DNA of 64,000 nucleotides, taken from NCBI GenBank assembly GCA_021613535.1, contig CP075497.1, positions 5,518,001-5,582,000 on the forward strand, read 5' to 3'. This document shows positions 36,444 through 49,883 of this stretch, in pieces; the first letter of the stretch is position 1; the number at the start of each line of letters is the position of its first letter. A model generated the notes under the pieces. The model ran no database searches, had not been told where the DNA came from, and was given only the letters and a program-made list of their open reading frames with translations. The position numbers and the translations under genes are program-made. Source of the stretch: Adineta vaga (taxonomy: Eukaryota > Animalia > Rotifera).

Positions 36444-39379
36444 ATGGTCATTGCATATACTACAGTTGAATTAGCACAAATAAAAAAACTGCTACATGCA
36501 GTGCAAACATCTAATTATGATCAAGTACGACGCATCTGTCAAAAGGGTGTTTATGGAATTGTGAATTCTAATGATCCAACCGATGGTAGTCAGATAGAAT
36601 TATGAAAAATTTTAAAAAAATATCATCATGCTTATCAATCGTAGGTGAAACACCATTATTAATTGCGGTGAAAAGAAATGATGAAATGATGATACAATTT
36701 CTTCTTGATCTTGGTGCACATCCAGATAGAACTGATTTTAAAGTATTAGATGATAGATTTGAATTTTCTGCGAAGATTCTTAGCAGTTTAGTTAAAACAG
36801 ATAGTAATTAATTAAACGTTTCTCGGATTTTTAAGGGTCGAACACCATTAATGCGCGCTGCTGAACATGGCTTTATCGAAGCTGTTCAAACATTACTGAA
36901 TGCTAATGCGAAAACAAATATACGGGATCTCGAAGGAAAAGGTATTGTCAAATAAAAATGATTTTGAGACAAGAAACTTGCCAAGTTTTGTTTTCGTTGC
37001 ATACAGATGTTCTCTTTGCTTGTTTATCTGATGATACATATCGACAGCAAGAATGTTTTTCGATTATTATGTCTAGACAAATGCCGGATATCAATGAACT
37101 AACTAAAACAGGAAAACCATTGTTAATAGCTGCTTGTGAAAAAGGAATAGCTACAGAAAAAATCTGTTTGATGTTAATTGAACGTGGTGTTAATATTAAT
37201 ACTATTGAAAAGGTAATCGAAAATTTTAAACCGTTTTAACGATTGATAATTATGTTCACTTGTTTAGACGACTGGTAGAACGGCTTTACATGCAGCTTGT
37301 GCATCTGGTTCAATCAAAATCGTACGTGAACTCTTACGACGAAAAGTGAATGTTAATGCTTGCGACAATCAGCAACAAACACCTGCTCATGCTGCAATCA
37401 CTTCAAAAATATTCGAAGTACGAATATTCTATTGAGCAAAAACTCGTTATTTATACAGATACTTTCAATGATGTAGCTTTTACCGATTTTATCAGCTTAC
37501 AATGCACGTTTTGATCTAGCCGATCAATCACTAAATACTTCAGTTCATCTTGCTGCTAGATTAAATCAAGGTAAAGCAATTAAATTCATGGTTCAACGTG
37601 GTGGTACAACTCGAACGAAAAATGCCGAAAATCAACTACCGATGAAAATTGCTAAATTATATAAAAATAAAGATGCAAAGAAAATATTCATTTAGTAGAA
37701 AAGAAACATTACAATCGAAAGATATTGTCTTCAAAATCAAATCCTGATCGTGATTATAAAATTCACTTCTACGATTGGTTACAAGAACAATCAGATCGTC
37801 TTTTACGTCAATTTCATCAAGTAGAAAATCCCACAACTCATCACATTACATCTAATGATTTCAAAAAGATTATCGCTGAAGAAGGTTTTACGCAGATTAC
37901 TTCAGATGATCTCAATGATTTGATTGTTCGTCATGAAACGAATCCAAATGAAATCGATTATCGAACATTTCTATCTGGAAAATTGTTTATTGAAAAACCA
38001 TTTGTTCTGCAAGCCTTTGTTGAAAAGAATAAGAAAAAGAAAAAAAGGAAGAAAACAAAAAAACAAGTAGCTATTCCAATTGCAATACGCGATGAAGGAC
38101 CTCGAACATCAAAAGGCAAACCACCATTAGTTTACGTAAAAAAACATCAGTTCATTACTGATCAGAATCGATTTAGCCGTGATAAAATCCCTAAACATTT
38201 TATCAATGATGATTCAATATATTATATCGATCAAATTCATCCTCAATATGTACATATTAGTAATGCTGGTAGGTTATCTTCATCATTCTTATTAATACAA
38301 TGTATTCTACTCTATTTCATCGTAGTTTATCGCGGTGATCTACATACACTTCTCGATGCATTCAAATCGGGTAATGAGAAAATTGATTTTTCGTATTTTA
38401 ACTATTCTTTTAATTTCCAGGAGTGCCAGTAGACATTCGAGATAAATTCTATAAAACTCCTTTGATGATGGCTGCTGCCAATGGTGATGTAGAAACAACA
38501 AGATTTCTTCTTCAATCTGGGTATGAATCGAAAGACATAGAATAATCTCGTTTTAAGTTCGTACATATCTAGTGCCAATGTACATCTTGAAGATCAATTT
38601 AAATGGACAGCACTTCATCATGCTGCTCATTCAGGTCAATTAGGTGTTGTACGAGCATTAGTTGATGCTGGTGCTAGAATTAATCATGAATCAATTACAT
38701 TAGCTACACCGCTGAGTCGTGCAATTGAAAGCTCAGCACTTGATGTAGTCAATTATCTTTTACAAAAACGTGCAAATGTACGACATGAAAATCTCACACG
38801 TATGTATGCTCATCTTAATAGATTATAGTTTTATTTCGAAATATGTCAAATGTAGAACGAAATTTACTCGATTTGGCAACAGATTTTGCATCACCACAAG
38901 TATTCAATCTTGTACGAACAGCATATGAAGGAAAAGGAAATAAAAAGAATAATCAACAATTCAAAGTCCGTCGTAAATCAAACACAAATACAAAGAAAAA
39001 CAAGAAAGTTGAATTGGTAGATAAAACTAGTTTAGGAGAACGAATATCGAAAACTAACTGAATCTATTATTTATAGTTATCGACTTCAATCAAACCAGTT
39101 AAAATCGAAGCACCATTACCTCGACGAGGTTCATTAATTTTTGCAGAAGAGCAAATGAAATCTTCAAATGATGTATTTGAATCTATTACGTATCATCCAT
39201 TGGCAAAATGGACAGATCAACCAACGACTAGAGAATTATTGGATAAAAAAATCAATTTAAGAAATCAATTTACCTCAAATATCGATTTTCCGGATTATAA
39301 ACGACCACTATTTACTAATGCTGAAATGAAATTAGAACATTTGAAAACGTCAACGACTCGTTCAAATTCAAAACCTTGA
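36444..39379 (+). CDS. ANKEF1: Ankyrin repeat and EF-hand domain-containing protein 1, multi-exon
   Basis: N-terminus VELAQIKKLLHAV...KGVYGIVN; ankyrin repeats (GETPLLIA, GRTPLMRAAE, GRTALHAAC, KTPLMMAA, WTALHHAAHSG); FYDWLQE; EF-hand-like EIDYRTFLSGK; basic KKKKK run; FSRDKIPKHFINDDS. Confidence 0.87.
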
Positions 39380-39695
39380 TTGATTGCATTACTAGACATT
39401 TTCTTCTAATATGTTTTCAATAGAAAGAGATTTCATCTTGATATCAAATATAGACGAATGATTACAAAGAATATTTTCTATTATTTTACTTTTAAAAACG
39501 AAAAAAGGTTCATGGAGTAACGACATCTATCAGTAGGAATTCTATGATTGGTTCTCTGTCAACTTAATCTGAAATATGTGTGAATATTAGTAGTAGATAA
39601 AACAAAGAATTTGTCTCGTGAAATTTATTTTCATTTTTTCTCATTCTATATTTATTTTCATACGTGAAAACATAAACAATACCCATCGATCTTCC

Positions 39696-40725
39696 ATGTC
39701 TACACCAATTCTCAATCCAAATTCAACTTTGTCATCATCAATGAAGACAAATGCAAATGCTGGACCGACCGTATCACAATATCAACTTGAGCTTGGTCAA
39801 TTTCTTTGCAAACACGATCCAGCTGCTATACGTTTGTATGATTTTATCAATCACGTCAAAGTCTTTCGTTATAATTCAAGTGAACTTCGTTGGGAAAATA
39901 ATCCGTGCATCGAAGGAAACTTGTTTCTTTATAAACGACAACAGATCATAAATGATCAGATGTATGCAGTTTTTGCATTCGCTATTATTCATGAAGAACG
40001 AAATCTGATTCAGATAATATCCGATGATATGACTGAACAAGCAAACAATCAATGTCTATTCTATGAAATTAAAAGAAATAATCAATCTCTAGTATATAGT
40101 TTACATTTTTCGAATGAAAACGAATGTCTACGAGTACATAAATTTATTCAAAAACTATTACAAAGTATAAAAGAACAACAAAATCGTTTATTACTTCCCG
40201 GTGAACTTCAACAGAAGCAAATGCAAGCACAGGCTCAATTAGGAAAGGTCGATCAATTACAAACGACAGTGAACGTAAGTTTCTTACTTTCTTGAACTAA
40301 ATGATACTAAAATAATATTTCTTTAGAGACCAAATTCAGTGGCACAACAATTAGGACCTTCTCGACAGCCAGAACTTCGTATATCTGGACGACAATCAAC
40401 TCCAATCACGAACAGTAATGTGCGTAGCAATGATCAAACTTCATCATTGAAACGTTTATTAAATATTCCAAATCAAACTGTTTTTGATAATGAATCAAGT
40501 CTTCCCTCCACTCAAAACTCAGTAAATCTTCTTCCACCTTCTGCATTCGCAACAGTATCTTCATCAATGGGTGCTAATTATAGTGATAATCAATCGGTAT
40601 CGCAAACATATCCATCTAATCTATTAGATCGTGAACATTTACGAAATGTTCTTCTTCATCTTGTTCAAACAAATGATCAATTTATTGATATCATTCATCA
40701 AGCATGTCTCAACCATTCAACATAA
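39696..40725 (+). CDS. DCP1: mRNA-decapping activator DCP1 (EVH1 + C-terminal trimerisation helix), 2 exons
   Basis: LCKHDPAA..V..F.Y....WE...IEGNLFLYKR EVH1; SLKRLLNI helical motif; LLPPSAF; LDREHLRNVLLHLVQTNDQFIDIIHQACL. Confidence 0.85.
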
Positions 40726-40832
40726 TAAAATTTTTCTCGCTATCGTTGTTTCCATTTTGATATTTTAATAAAGAAAATATTTCTTTCTTTAAGAGTTAAA
40801 TAGAAAAAAAAATATTTTTTTTGTTAATCTAG

Positions 40833-43800
40833 ATGTCTTCTCCGGCGAAAACATTTCGTTCGCCGACAGTGTCCAATACTCCTGCATCACCAGCAACTTC
40901 TATTACCGATGTTCAAGATGATTTTCAAGCGTTTCAATTGCGTCCAGTCATACGTGATTTTAAATTATCCGCAGAATTATTTGCATCAAATGGTGATATC
41001 GTATTAATATGTGGAAGAGGTAATCAAGAAAAACAAGGCATGTTATTAGTATCGTATGAAATTTCATCGACAACAGCGTCATTAGCAGCATCTGTACGTT
41101 TACTTAAAGTTATTAAATTAGCAAAGAAAAGTGTGACACAACTTGAAACAATTCCAATACTAAAAATTGCACTACTATTAGGTGATGGAATTGTTAGTTT
41201 ACTTGATATTGATTCTCTTGCAGAGATTGCAACGGTAACAACAAATAATGTTACTTTATTTTCAACTTGGTATGTTATCTACATTGAAATATCAGTTATT
41301 TTAATAAGATCTTACTATTCATAGTATTATTAGATGATTTTGTTTTCATTAGGTATGAAATGGACTCTCATTCATCTTTACCTACCACTCCAATAACACC
41401 AACTGCTTCATCAATATCAACGAATCCAATATCCATTCCTACTGAACTTCGTATATGTGTTGCAACGAAACGTCGATCACTTGTTTTCCATCGTTGGCTA
41501 CCTCAACAACGACGTATAGAAGAAAATAAAGATGCACGTGGTAGTTTTGAATTAATCGATATTCCACGGGCTCTTGCATTATCACGTGAAAGAATTTGTA
41601 TCGGTTATAAAAAATCCTATTTCATCATGAATTTAGCGAATGGAACGATGATTACTGAATTACCTTTTACAATGGCACACGAACCAGTTATTAATTGTCT
41701 TCAAGATCGAACGCAATGGTGTGTACAAGTCGATTCAAATACGATATTTTTGAATTCAAATTTTGAACCTTTATATGAAAATGGAATTACATGGAAAGAT
41801 ATTCCATCTGCGATTGTTCAAGCAAAACCATATGTTCTTGCCCTAATGAATCAGTCTATCGATGTTTGTACATTCAATGGTTCTCAATCAGTACCTGTTC
41901 AACAGACTGCTCATAAGAATACAGCAGGTATTGGAAAATGTCGTTTATGGATGGATGCACGAACAGAAAGAATATATGCAGCAACGACAACCGATGTTGT
42001 GCTTCTTGAACCAATACCTGTTCGTATTCAATTGAAAAACTATACGGGCATGTATCGATATGATTTAGCATTGATTCTTATTCGAGCTGTACTCGGAATA
42101 TCTGTGTCATCATCACTCGATGATCAATCAAGAACAAATGATGGTCATGCAAAAGGAAATCTTAATACATCTATAATGCCTAAAAGAAAAACTTTTAACG
42201 ATAATGAACAAGCAACTGATCAGGTATGAAATTGAATTATAAAAAGACAATTGATTATCGAATGATTCTCTTTTTAGTCATCATCAGATAATTCTACATC
42301 TCGCGAAGGTCCTAAAAATGAATCCCGACAAAATAATCAAAATCTAAGTGAAATAGATCTTTGGAATGAATACTATCGTGTTGGAACTATGTATGCATTT
42401 CAATTATTTCATAAACAACAATTCGATCGAGCTTTTGCTGAATTCAAAGAATTTCTAACTGATCCGGCTGAAATCATTTCTTTATTTACTACACTATCCG
42501 CGAATATATGGTTAACCAATTCATATAACGAATTCAATACTTTTGTTAAACAACATCAACATTTTTCTGAACCAAATGATTTCATTGGACAAAAACTTGA
42601 AAATGCTGTACGTGAATTACAAAAATATTTGACTGAATCACGTCGAATTTTTCAAACAATTTTTCGACGTTCACCAGATGCTTGGCTTGAAGTAAGACGA
42701 TATTTTGAAGTCGATCAAACTATTTTTCTCTCTCTCCTATTATTTAGGTACAATCAATTGTACAGAATCGTCTTATATTAAAACCAGTTCGTGATTTACT
42801 AATTATAGTTGAAACTTCTTTACTTAAAGTATATTTAACAACAAATAATAATACATTAGCAAATGCATTATTACGTAATTCAGAAAATTGTTGTTTACCA
42901 TCTGAAGTCGAAAAAGAACTTAAAAAACATCATCGTCGAACAGAATTAGTTTCATTTTATGAGAAACAAAATCGACATAGTGAAGCATTAGATTTAATAA
43001 CTAATACTGATTCTTTATCTTCACGCGAAAATATCCTAAATTATCTATCTAAACTTGATACGACTCAATTACCATTGGTTTTCAAATATATTCAACCTAT
43101 GATCAAATCGGCATTAGACAATCATAACGTGATAAATCGGTCTTAGATGATATTTTACAAATATTCATTGGTGAATCAACACCTTTATCTTCTTCAACAA
43201 CAGATTCAGTTCAAATAGGAGCAATTAAATTTGATCCAATTCAAGTTTATGAATTTTTAAAAGATATCAATGAAGATTATGCTATTCGATATTTAGAACG
43301 TATTTGTTTAAAACCCGAACTTGGATCAAAACGACGAGATGTTCATAATCGAATAGTCTATGCATATTGCAATCGAATTAAACAATTATCTGAACAATTA
43401 AGACCAATAATCAAAGCGAATAGACAAGAAACTTATACAGGTATTCTTTTACATATGAAGAGTCATTGAGCGAAACTAATTTTTGATATTTTCATCATAG
43501 ATAATGATGTGTATGCCACTCGAATAATGACTGATGATTCGGAAAAATATTCTGCAGCATCATCAATAAAAAAACAACAGACTGAATATGAAGAGAAACT
43601 AAAATACTTTCTACTGAATCAAAATTGTCAATGTGATTATGAAAAATTAGAATCATACTTTCTTAACGAACAGAAAACGTCATCGAATGAACGTATATTT
43701 AGTTTACATTACGCAATTGTTCTTGGAAAATTAAATCGACATGAATTAGCATTGAAAATATTTGTTAACAATGGTTTTTATACTGATGCTGAATCTTATT

Positions 43801-44300
43801 GTGAAACGATCTATTCCAATGGTGACAAAGAATTAGCTCGTAATCTTTATCGACAATTAATTCAACATTATCTAGAGAAAAGTAATGATGGAAGTTTAAA
43901 TGATACGAGTTTAAAAGCAATCTTACGTATTGTTAATAATGCTTCTGAACGTCTTGATCCAGTACAAACATTAGAAATTCTTCCAGGTCAATTGAAATTA
44001 AACAGTATGAATGGTTTCATTGAACAATCATTACAAACATGTTTACAAAATAAACGAAGTTCACAAATAGAACGAAATTTATTATTTTCGAAATTACTTC
44101 GTACACAATCCAAACGTATTACTAGTGAAAATCATTCTTTTATTATTGATGCCGATTCTGAATGTGCTCGAACAGAATGTACTCAACCATTGACAGCAAC
44201 ACAAGCTATTGTCCGATTTCCATATAATAAGATCGTTCATTATTATTGTCGAGCAAAATATGAAAAAGAATTGGAAGAAAGAAATAAGAAACTTTATTGA
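40833..44300 (+). CDS. VPS39: Vam6/VPS39-TGFBRAP1 family HOPS/CORVET subunit (CNH domain, helical repeats, C-terminal zinc-finger-like region), multi-exon, apparent 1-bp deletion near 43127
   Basis: ICIGYKKSY, WKDIPSAI..PYVLAL, YAFQLFHKQQFDRAF..F..TDPAEIISLF, ETSLLKVYL, AIVLGKLNRHELALKIFV, VRFPYNKIVHYYC; VPS39 versus TGFBRAP1 not firmly resolved. Confidence 0.82.
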
Positions 44301-44412
44301 TATTTTTTTTTCTAGTTTTCTTTTAAATTAAATATGATTGTATAAATCTTTTCTTTATCTATGCTGTTGATTTACCGAGTGAAATAATTTTGTAGTTTTC
44401 TTTTGTTTCTAG

Positions 44413-45087
44413 ATGGATTTTGATGAATTTATTGAATCATTAGAAAGTTTACCCATTGATTTAAGCCGTAATCTTCGTCTATTGCGAGAACTTGATGATA
44501 AAAGTATATCATTGAAATCGGAATGTTCTACAATTGCAACAAAATATCAACAAACCAAATCTCGTGACGAACGATTTAATATCATACAAACATTAAATGA
44601 TCTACAATCTCGACGTTTATTACATGCCGATGAAAAAATTACACTCGCTAATCAAGCATATGAAATGGTTGAAAAACATATTCGTCGTTTAGATGATGTT
44701 TTAGAAGAATTAGCCAATCAACCCATCGTTGTTCCAGCAAATAATCGAAAGAAAAAACGAACAAATTCAACGACAGATGATATGAATCTAAATAAGAAAC
44801 GACGTAAAACAGATAAACCATTGAATCAAGTACAAAATAAAACGTCAATTAAAAAGAAAGATCAACATCAGGAAATGATGAAGGTGGAACCTGTTGGCTT
44901 AGATTTATTTCCTATTGATCCTTATGAACCACGGTATTGTATATGTAATCAAGTTTCATTTGGACGTATGATTGCATGTGATAATCCTCAATGTCAAATT
45001 GAATGGTTTCATTTTGCATGTGTAAAACTTGAAGAAGAACCGAAAGGCAAATGGTTTTGTGAGAAATGTCGACCAAAAACAATGTAA
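44413..45087 (+). CDS. ING: Inhibitor of growth (ING4/5-like) PHD-finger protein, intronless
   Basis: FIESLESLPIDLSRNLRLLRELD; ADEKITLANQAYEMVEKHIRRLD; PHD DPYEPRYCICNQVSFGRMIACDNPQCQIEWFHFACV..PKGKWFCEKC. Confidence 0.95.
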   Translation: MDFDEFIESLESLPIDLSRNLRLLRELDDKSISLKSECSTIATKYQQTKSRDERFNIIQTLNDLQSRRLLHADEKITLANQAYEMVEKHIRRLDDVLEELANQPIVVPANNRKKKRTNSTTDDMNLNKKRRKTDKPLNQVQNKTSIKKKDQHQEMMKVEPVGLDLFPIDPYEPRYCICNQVSFGRMIACDNPQCQIEWFHFACVKLEEEPKGKWFCEKCRPKTM

Positions 45088-45399
45088 CAAATATGTATTC
45101 ATGTAGAAATACCTCCGTATTTGAACAAAACAAAGTATATATTTTTCTCTCCTTTTTTTCCCCTCATGTTATTGTGTATTATTGTTATTCAATGTGTGTA
45201 AATACTTTATTTATAGAGAATATAATATATAATCTATATTGCGATAGTCTTCATATGCATCTTTTTCTGATAGGTTTCGTGAGGGTTGCTATTCTCTTCA
45301 TTCCTGATCGAAATTCACACTCAAGATGGTGAAATCTAAGATATATAAAAGATCATGTGTCATTATAGATAGTAGAATGATAATGATAGATTGATACTG

Positions 45400-46530
45400 T
45401 GTCTAATTGAAAATAAATGACACTTCACATGAGGTAACATTGCAACTGTTGAAAAGGCGTATTGCGACATGGTTTGTGCATATTCAGAATCAATTAAATA
45501 AATATGAATACGGATCATTCCATGATTGTAGTACAGGTGTTTAATTTTTCTAAAACTAAATCGTTTTTATTTATTGAATAAACATAATCAAATGCTATTT
45601 TTGTTGATATTACCGATTTTATTGTATCACTTGACTTTAATTGAATAATTGGATATGTTCCATTAACGCGATGACTTATCATATCAACAATAATACCAAT
45701 ATAAATCGATTGTTTTGTCACTAATAAATGAACAGCACCTAAAATTTCAGCTGAATATTCTTCACTAGTCAAATGAACTAACCAAAGATCTCTACAAGCG
45801 GCTTTTCTTTAACTTTCTTTCAAAATACTAACTGATTGAAATAATGTAACATAACCACTGATATTATCATTCCCAAAGAGCATTAGTTGACGTTTCCCTG
45901 TATTATAAAAAGTATCTCGTTCTAACGCAGTATTGATATGATCAAGAAATAGAACAGATTCGTTGCATTTGAATTTTCAACTAGCTGGAATAATAGCAGT
46001 AAGATTTGCTTGAGTAATACTTATCCATGTGAAAATTTATTTTCTCGTTTTAATATTCATTTTTATATATCTTTCAATAAGATAATCAACTAAATCTAAT
46101 AGTTTACATATTGTAACATATCAGCAAAGACATCGAAGCTATCTTTTAAATTTGAATTCATTAATAATAGATATTCCGATGAATTCAATGGAGAATTAAC
46201 TGATGATTCTTAAATAATTGTAGATGAATTAAACCATGCTCAATGTGTTTCATTAAGAAATGCTCGTGCATAAATCCATAAGCACCTAGACTTGGTCATA
46301 ACTCAATAAATTTTATGTTCAATGCTTGACGTTGTTCAAGAATAGATTTAAGTTGATTGTTTCCACTGAATTCTAATGATGCAAGGAGATCGATTTGAAT
46401 AGATTCATTTGGATTACATGAATCAACTTCTAATAGAGTCGATTTACAACCAATAAAAATGTGAAGTATGTTGATCATCTCCTGAGATAATCGCTCTAAG
46501 TCTTTTTAATTAGGATAAAATACTCCATTT
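45400..46530 (-). pseudogene. Decayed coding relic, possibly a Dicer/RIG-I-type helicase fragment
   Basis: Frame-shifted fragments in helicase-like order: LERLSQEMINILHIF..CNPNESIQI; SLGAYG; SVLFLDHINTA; ISGYVT; GAVHLLVTKQ; many stops. Similarity weak. Confidence 0.3.
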
Positions 46531-46644
46531 ATATAACATAAATATCAATTAGAATTTATTTCCTCATCGCTTATTTCATGAAATCATTCTATATAATTTC
46601 CTTTTTCAATCAAATATAAAACATTCAAAAAAAAACCAAATATG

Positions 46645-48908
46645 TCACTGTAGACAACAAGTTTGTTGTGGAATCGATTGTTGTTTTTTTTCATCATTGA
46701 CTATTTCATCATGAATAGTATTGTCACTTGCTGCATCTTGTTTGATTTTCTCAATCGTCAAATCTATTCGTTGTGTTTCATTACGTTGTTTTGATAATTC
46801 AGCTTTGCTCAAAAAATGAGTAATCTAATCGAGCAAAAGAGAAACTATTAGTAGAAGATAAAATCAAGCATCATCATTTTTACCACATCACGTAGAATTT
46901 TCTTCTTTGTAGGATCTGTTTCCACTGAAAAGAGAAGTTTGAAGAGGTAATCAAATCAATAAGATGAACATACTTTGTGATACATGAAACATGACACTTA
47001 AACCTGTTTCATACTCTTCACAAGCTTGTGCAAATCGAAATGCATTGACCTATATTAATAAAAATGATTTATTCTTTATTTAAAGAGTAAGAAAAACATT
47101 TATACATACAAGTTGATCACCATTTAGGCAGTGTTGATAAGCATCAAAAAGTTCTTTATCATTATTTAAATCAACTAAAATATCAAATAGAATTAGGTTG
47201 TTTACAAATATTTAATTCATCTTACGAGGATCAGTATTCATGATAGTTGGCGATGATGATAAACTTGTTGTTGTTGTTGTTGTCGGTGGTGGTGTTAATC
47301 CTGAATTACTAGCTGATTCTCTTATCCGTTTTTTTAAATCCTCAGCAGCTTTAACACCTTGCGCTGTTTTCATTTTTAACATCCGTTTTCGATCAGCATC
47401 TTCATCGACTATTAGAAAACGAAATTAATCCTTTTCTTTTTATTCATAATATCAAAAATACCTTTTGTTATTGCAGCATATTCATCTAATGCTCGTACAC
47501 GATAATCTAAAGCCTTTTGTAAATCACCTAATTGTTCATAATTGATTGCTTTTTGTAGAAATTCATCCTATTTTAAACAAAGAAATTGAATAGAAATTAA
47601 GTGAAAGAGTAGAAACAAGTTACAGCTCGAGCGATTTGTGCTGAAAGATCATTGAAAATGAATGGATGTCGGAAAAAATCTGCAAAACTAATTCGTTTAT
47701 TTGGATCACGTTGTAATAAACCTTCAAGTAGATTACGACATTCAGATGATATTCTGGCATCATTAGGAATCTAATTATTTTAAATATATTCAAATAATAA
47801 AAAACAAATCTTTCTCGAAATATTTTACTTGAATTGGAGTATCTGATTTGATTGTATCAATAAGATCATGAATGGTAATAAAAGTAAATAATGGTCGACC
47901 AAAAAGACATTCTATAGAATCAACAGATACATAATTATTGAGAAAATGAATTATATATTACCGTAAAGTATTACACCAACTGACCAAAGATCAACTCGAT
48001 TATCATATGGACGAGATGAAAGAATCTCTGGGGCCATATACATCAATGTGCCACGTATACTTCGACTTCCATCCTTTCCAATATGTTGTGCCACACCAAA
48101 ATCTAATCAATAGTTAATAATAAATACAACATATCAAACCTTAGATGTTAAATATACCTGCTACTTTTAAAATTGATTTATCTGCCGATGTTAAAAGAAT
48201 ATTTTCCGGTTTTAAATCCATATGACTAATATTTTTTTCATATAAAAATTTCAATACTTTTGCTTAAAACAAATATGAATTTATAATATCGACATGTTCC
48301 CTAATCTTACCAATCTGTTTAACAAATGGTCGAACACGTGCTTCAGATAAAAGTTGTCGTGTACGTATAAACATTGACATATCACCTCCAGAACAATATT
48401 CCATGATAATATAAATATAATTTTCATCCCACTTTATAGTAAATAAAGTCAAAGTAGAAAAAGAAATAAAGACAAAATAATTTATCTACCTGAAAATCGT
48501 ACATTTCAACGATATTTTCATGTTTGATACCTTTAAGTAATTTAATTTCATTAATAAGTAGATCTTCAGTCGTTTTTGTTAAAGATTTTCGACTGATACA
48601 TTTAATCGCATAAAACGTAGATAAAGCACTTGTAGGACGAGCACTGGATGGACGATTGCATGCAGCTGAACTTGGCCGTGATAAAATATTCTTTAAAAAT
48701 GAAATAAAAATAAGAAATTTGAGAAACGTTATAATTAACATACGGATATTAATCTTGCTTTATATACAGTTCCTAAAAGAAACTATTGTGAGAAAGGTAT
48801 AGTTTCAAATTTATAGATGTCTTTACCATATGTTCCAGCACCAATTCGTTCTCCAAATGCATAATCAGGTAAATTCGGAATCGGTTGTGATTCCTGTCGA
48901 TTAGTCAT
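46645..48908 (-). CDS. ULK3: Serine/threonine kinase ULK3 (kinase + two MIT domains), multi-exon
   Basis: IGAGTYG|TVYKA, AIKCISRKSL, DFQ|WDENYIYIIMEYCSGGD, ISHMDLKPENILL, DFG, RGTLMYMAPE, DLWSVGVIL; MIT-like helices; C-terminal CCLQ* CaaX. Confidence 0.92.
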
Positions 48909-49883
48909 TGAGTTGAGTGTCTATTTACAGGTCATAAAAGAAAACAAATCTTACATCTAAAATAAATAAACGTCACAAATATATTTTGTATGCAAAACAA
49001 ACGTATATCATTATCATAATCAAAACAGTAGAAAAACTCATTCGATAGATTTAATCTTCAAGTTTAACTTTCAATTATTTTATATTTCAATTCGAGATTT
49101 GATTAGCATTTGCAAACCTCACATTCAATATGAAGTACTAGAACAGATTAGATTGGTTTACATCTATATCAACTAGAATATGTAAAAAATGAATAATGAT
49201 CAAACGCCACCTATAGACAAGAAAAAACAACGCGAGAGTTTCTTTTTTTTTCTTCCGTTTGGGTCATTAGTAAAACGAGTCTCTATAAACTTCTCAAAAT
49301 AAAAACTGTACATATTGAAGTGAATTCTGAATCGAGGTAATGAAATTTGATGGAAAAAGGTTATATTTTCCATTGTTAATTTTTTCGAAACCCTTTTATG
49401 AAGTACAATCAAAGAAATGCAATGGCTTGTTGTCGTACCAGTCATCTCGTGTGAAAGAAAACAAAACAAGAGAATTACGAGATTACTTTTCGGATTAATA
49501 AATAAACAATCGTTCTATTTAAAAGAGATTTTATATAACATTTTCTAAGCATAATACATTTTCACTCATAGATTTATGAGGAAAAAAAAACATCTAGTAT
49601 TAAAAGAAAGATTTAGATTTTAAGACATTGTTTATACTTTTGACAAAAGCAATCGATAAAAAAAACAATCAGTTATTCACTATCAAAACTGATTGTCTAA
49701 GCTACGGATAATCATCATTTACATTTGTACAATAACGAAGAGCTATGAATTATCATATACGTCATGAGCTAGTATATTGAATGACATCTCAAAGTTTATA
49801 AAAAAAGAAATGGAATAATAATAATAATGAGGAGCACCAAAATAATAAACTAAAAAAACAATTTTATAAAAGTCCCAATCAGT

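Noticed and set aside
44413-45087. ING as a retrogene because it lacks introns
   Set aside because: No poly(A) remnant or target-site duplication; neighbouring genes also have long exons.
49656-49697. 10-bp inverted repeat (ACAATCAGTT/AACTGATTGT) downstream of FBP
   Set aside because: Short and AT-rich; expected by chance in 64 kb, no known element.
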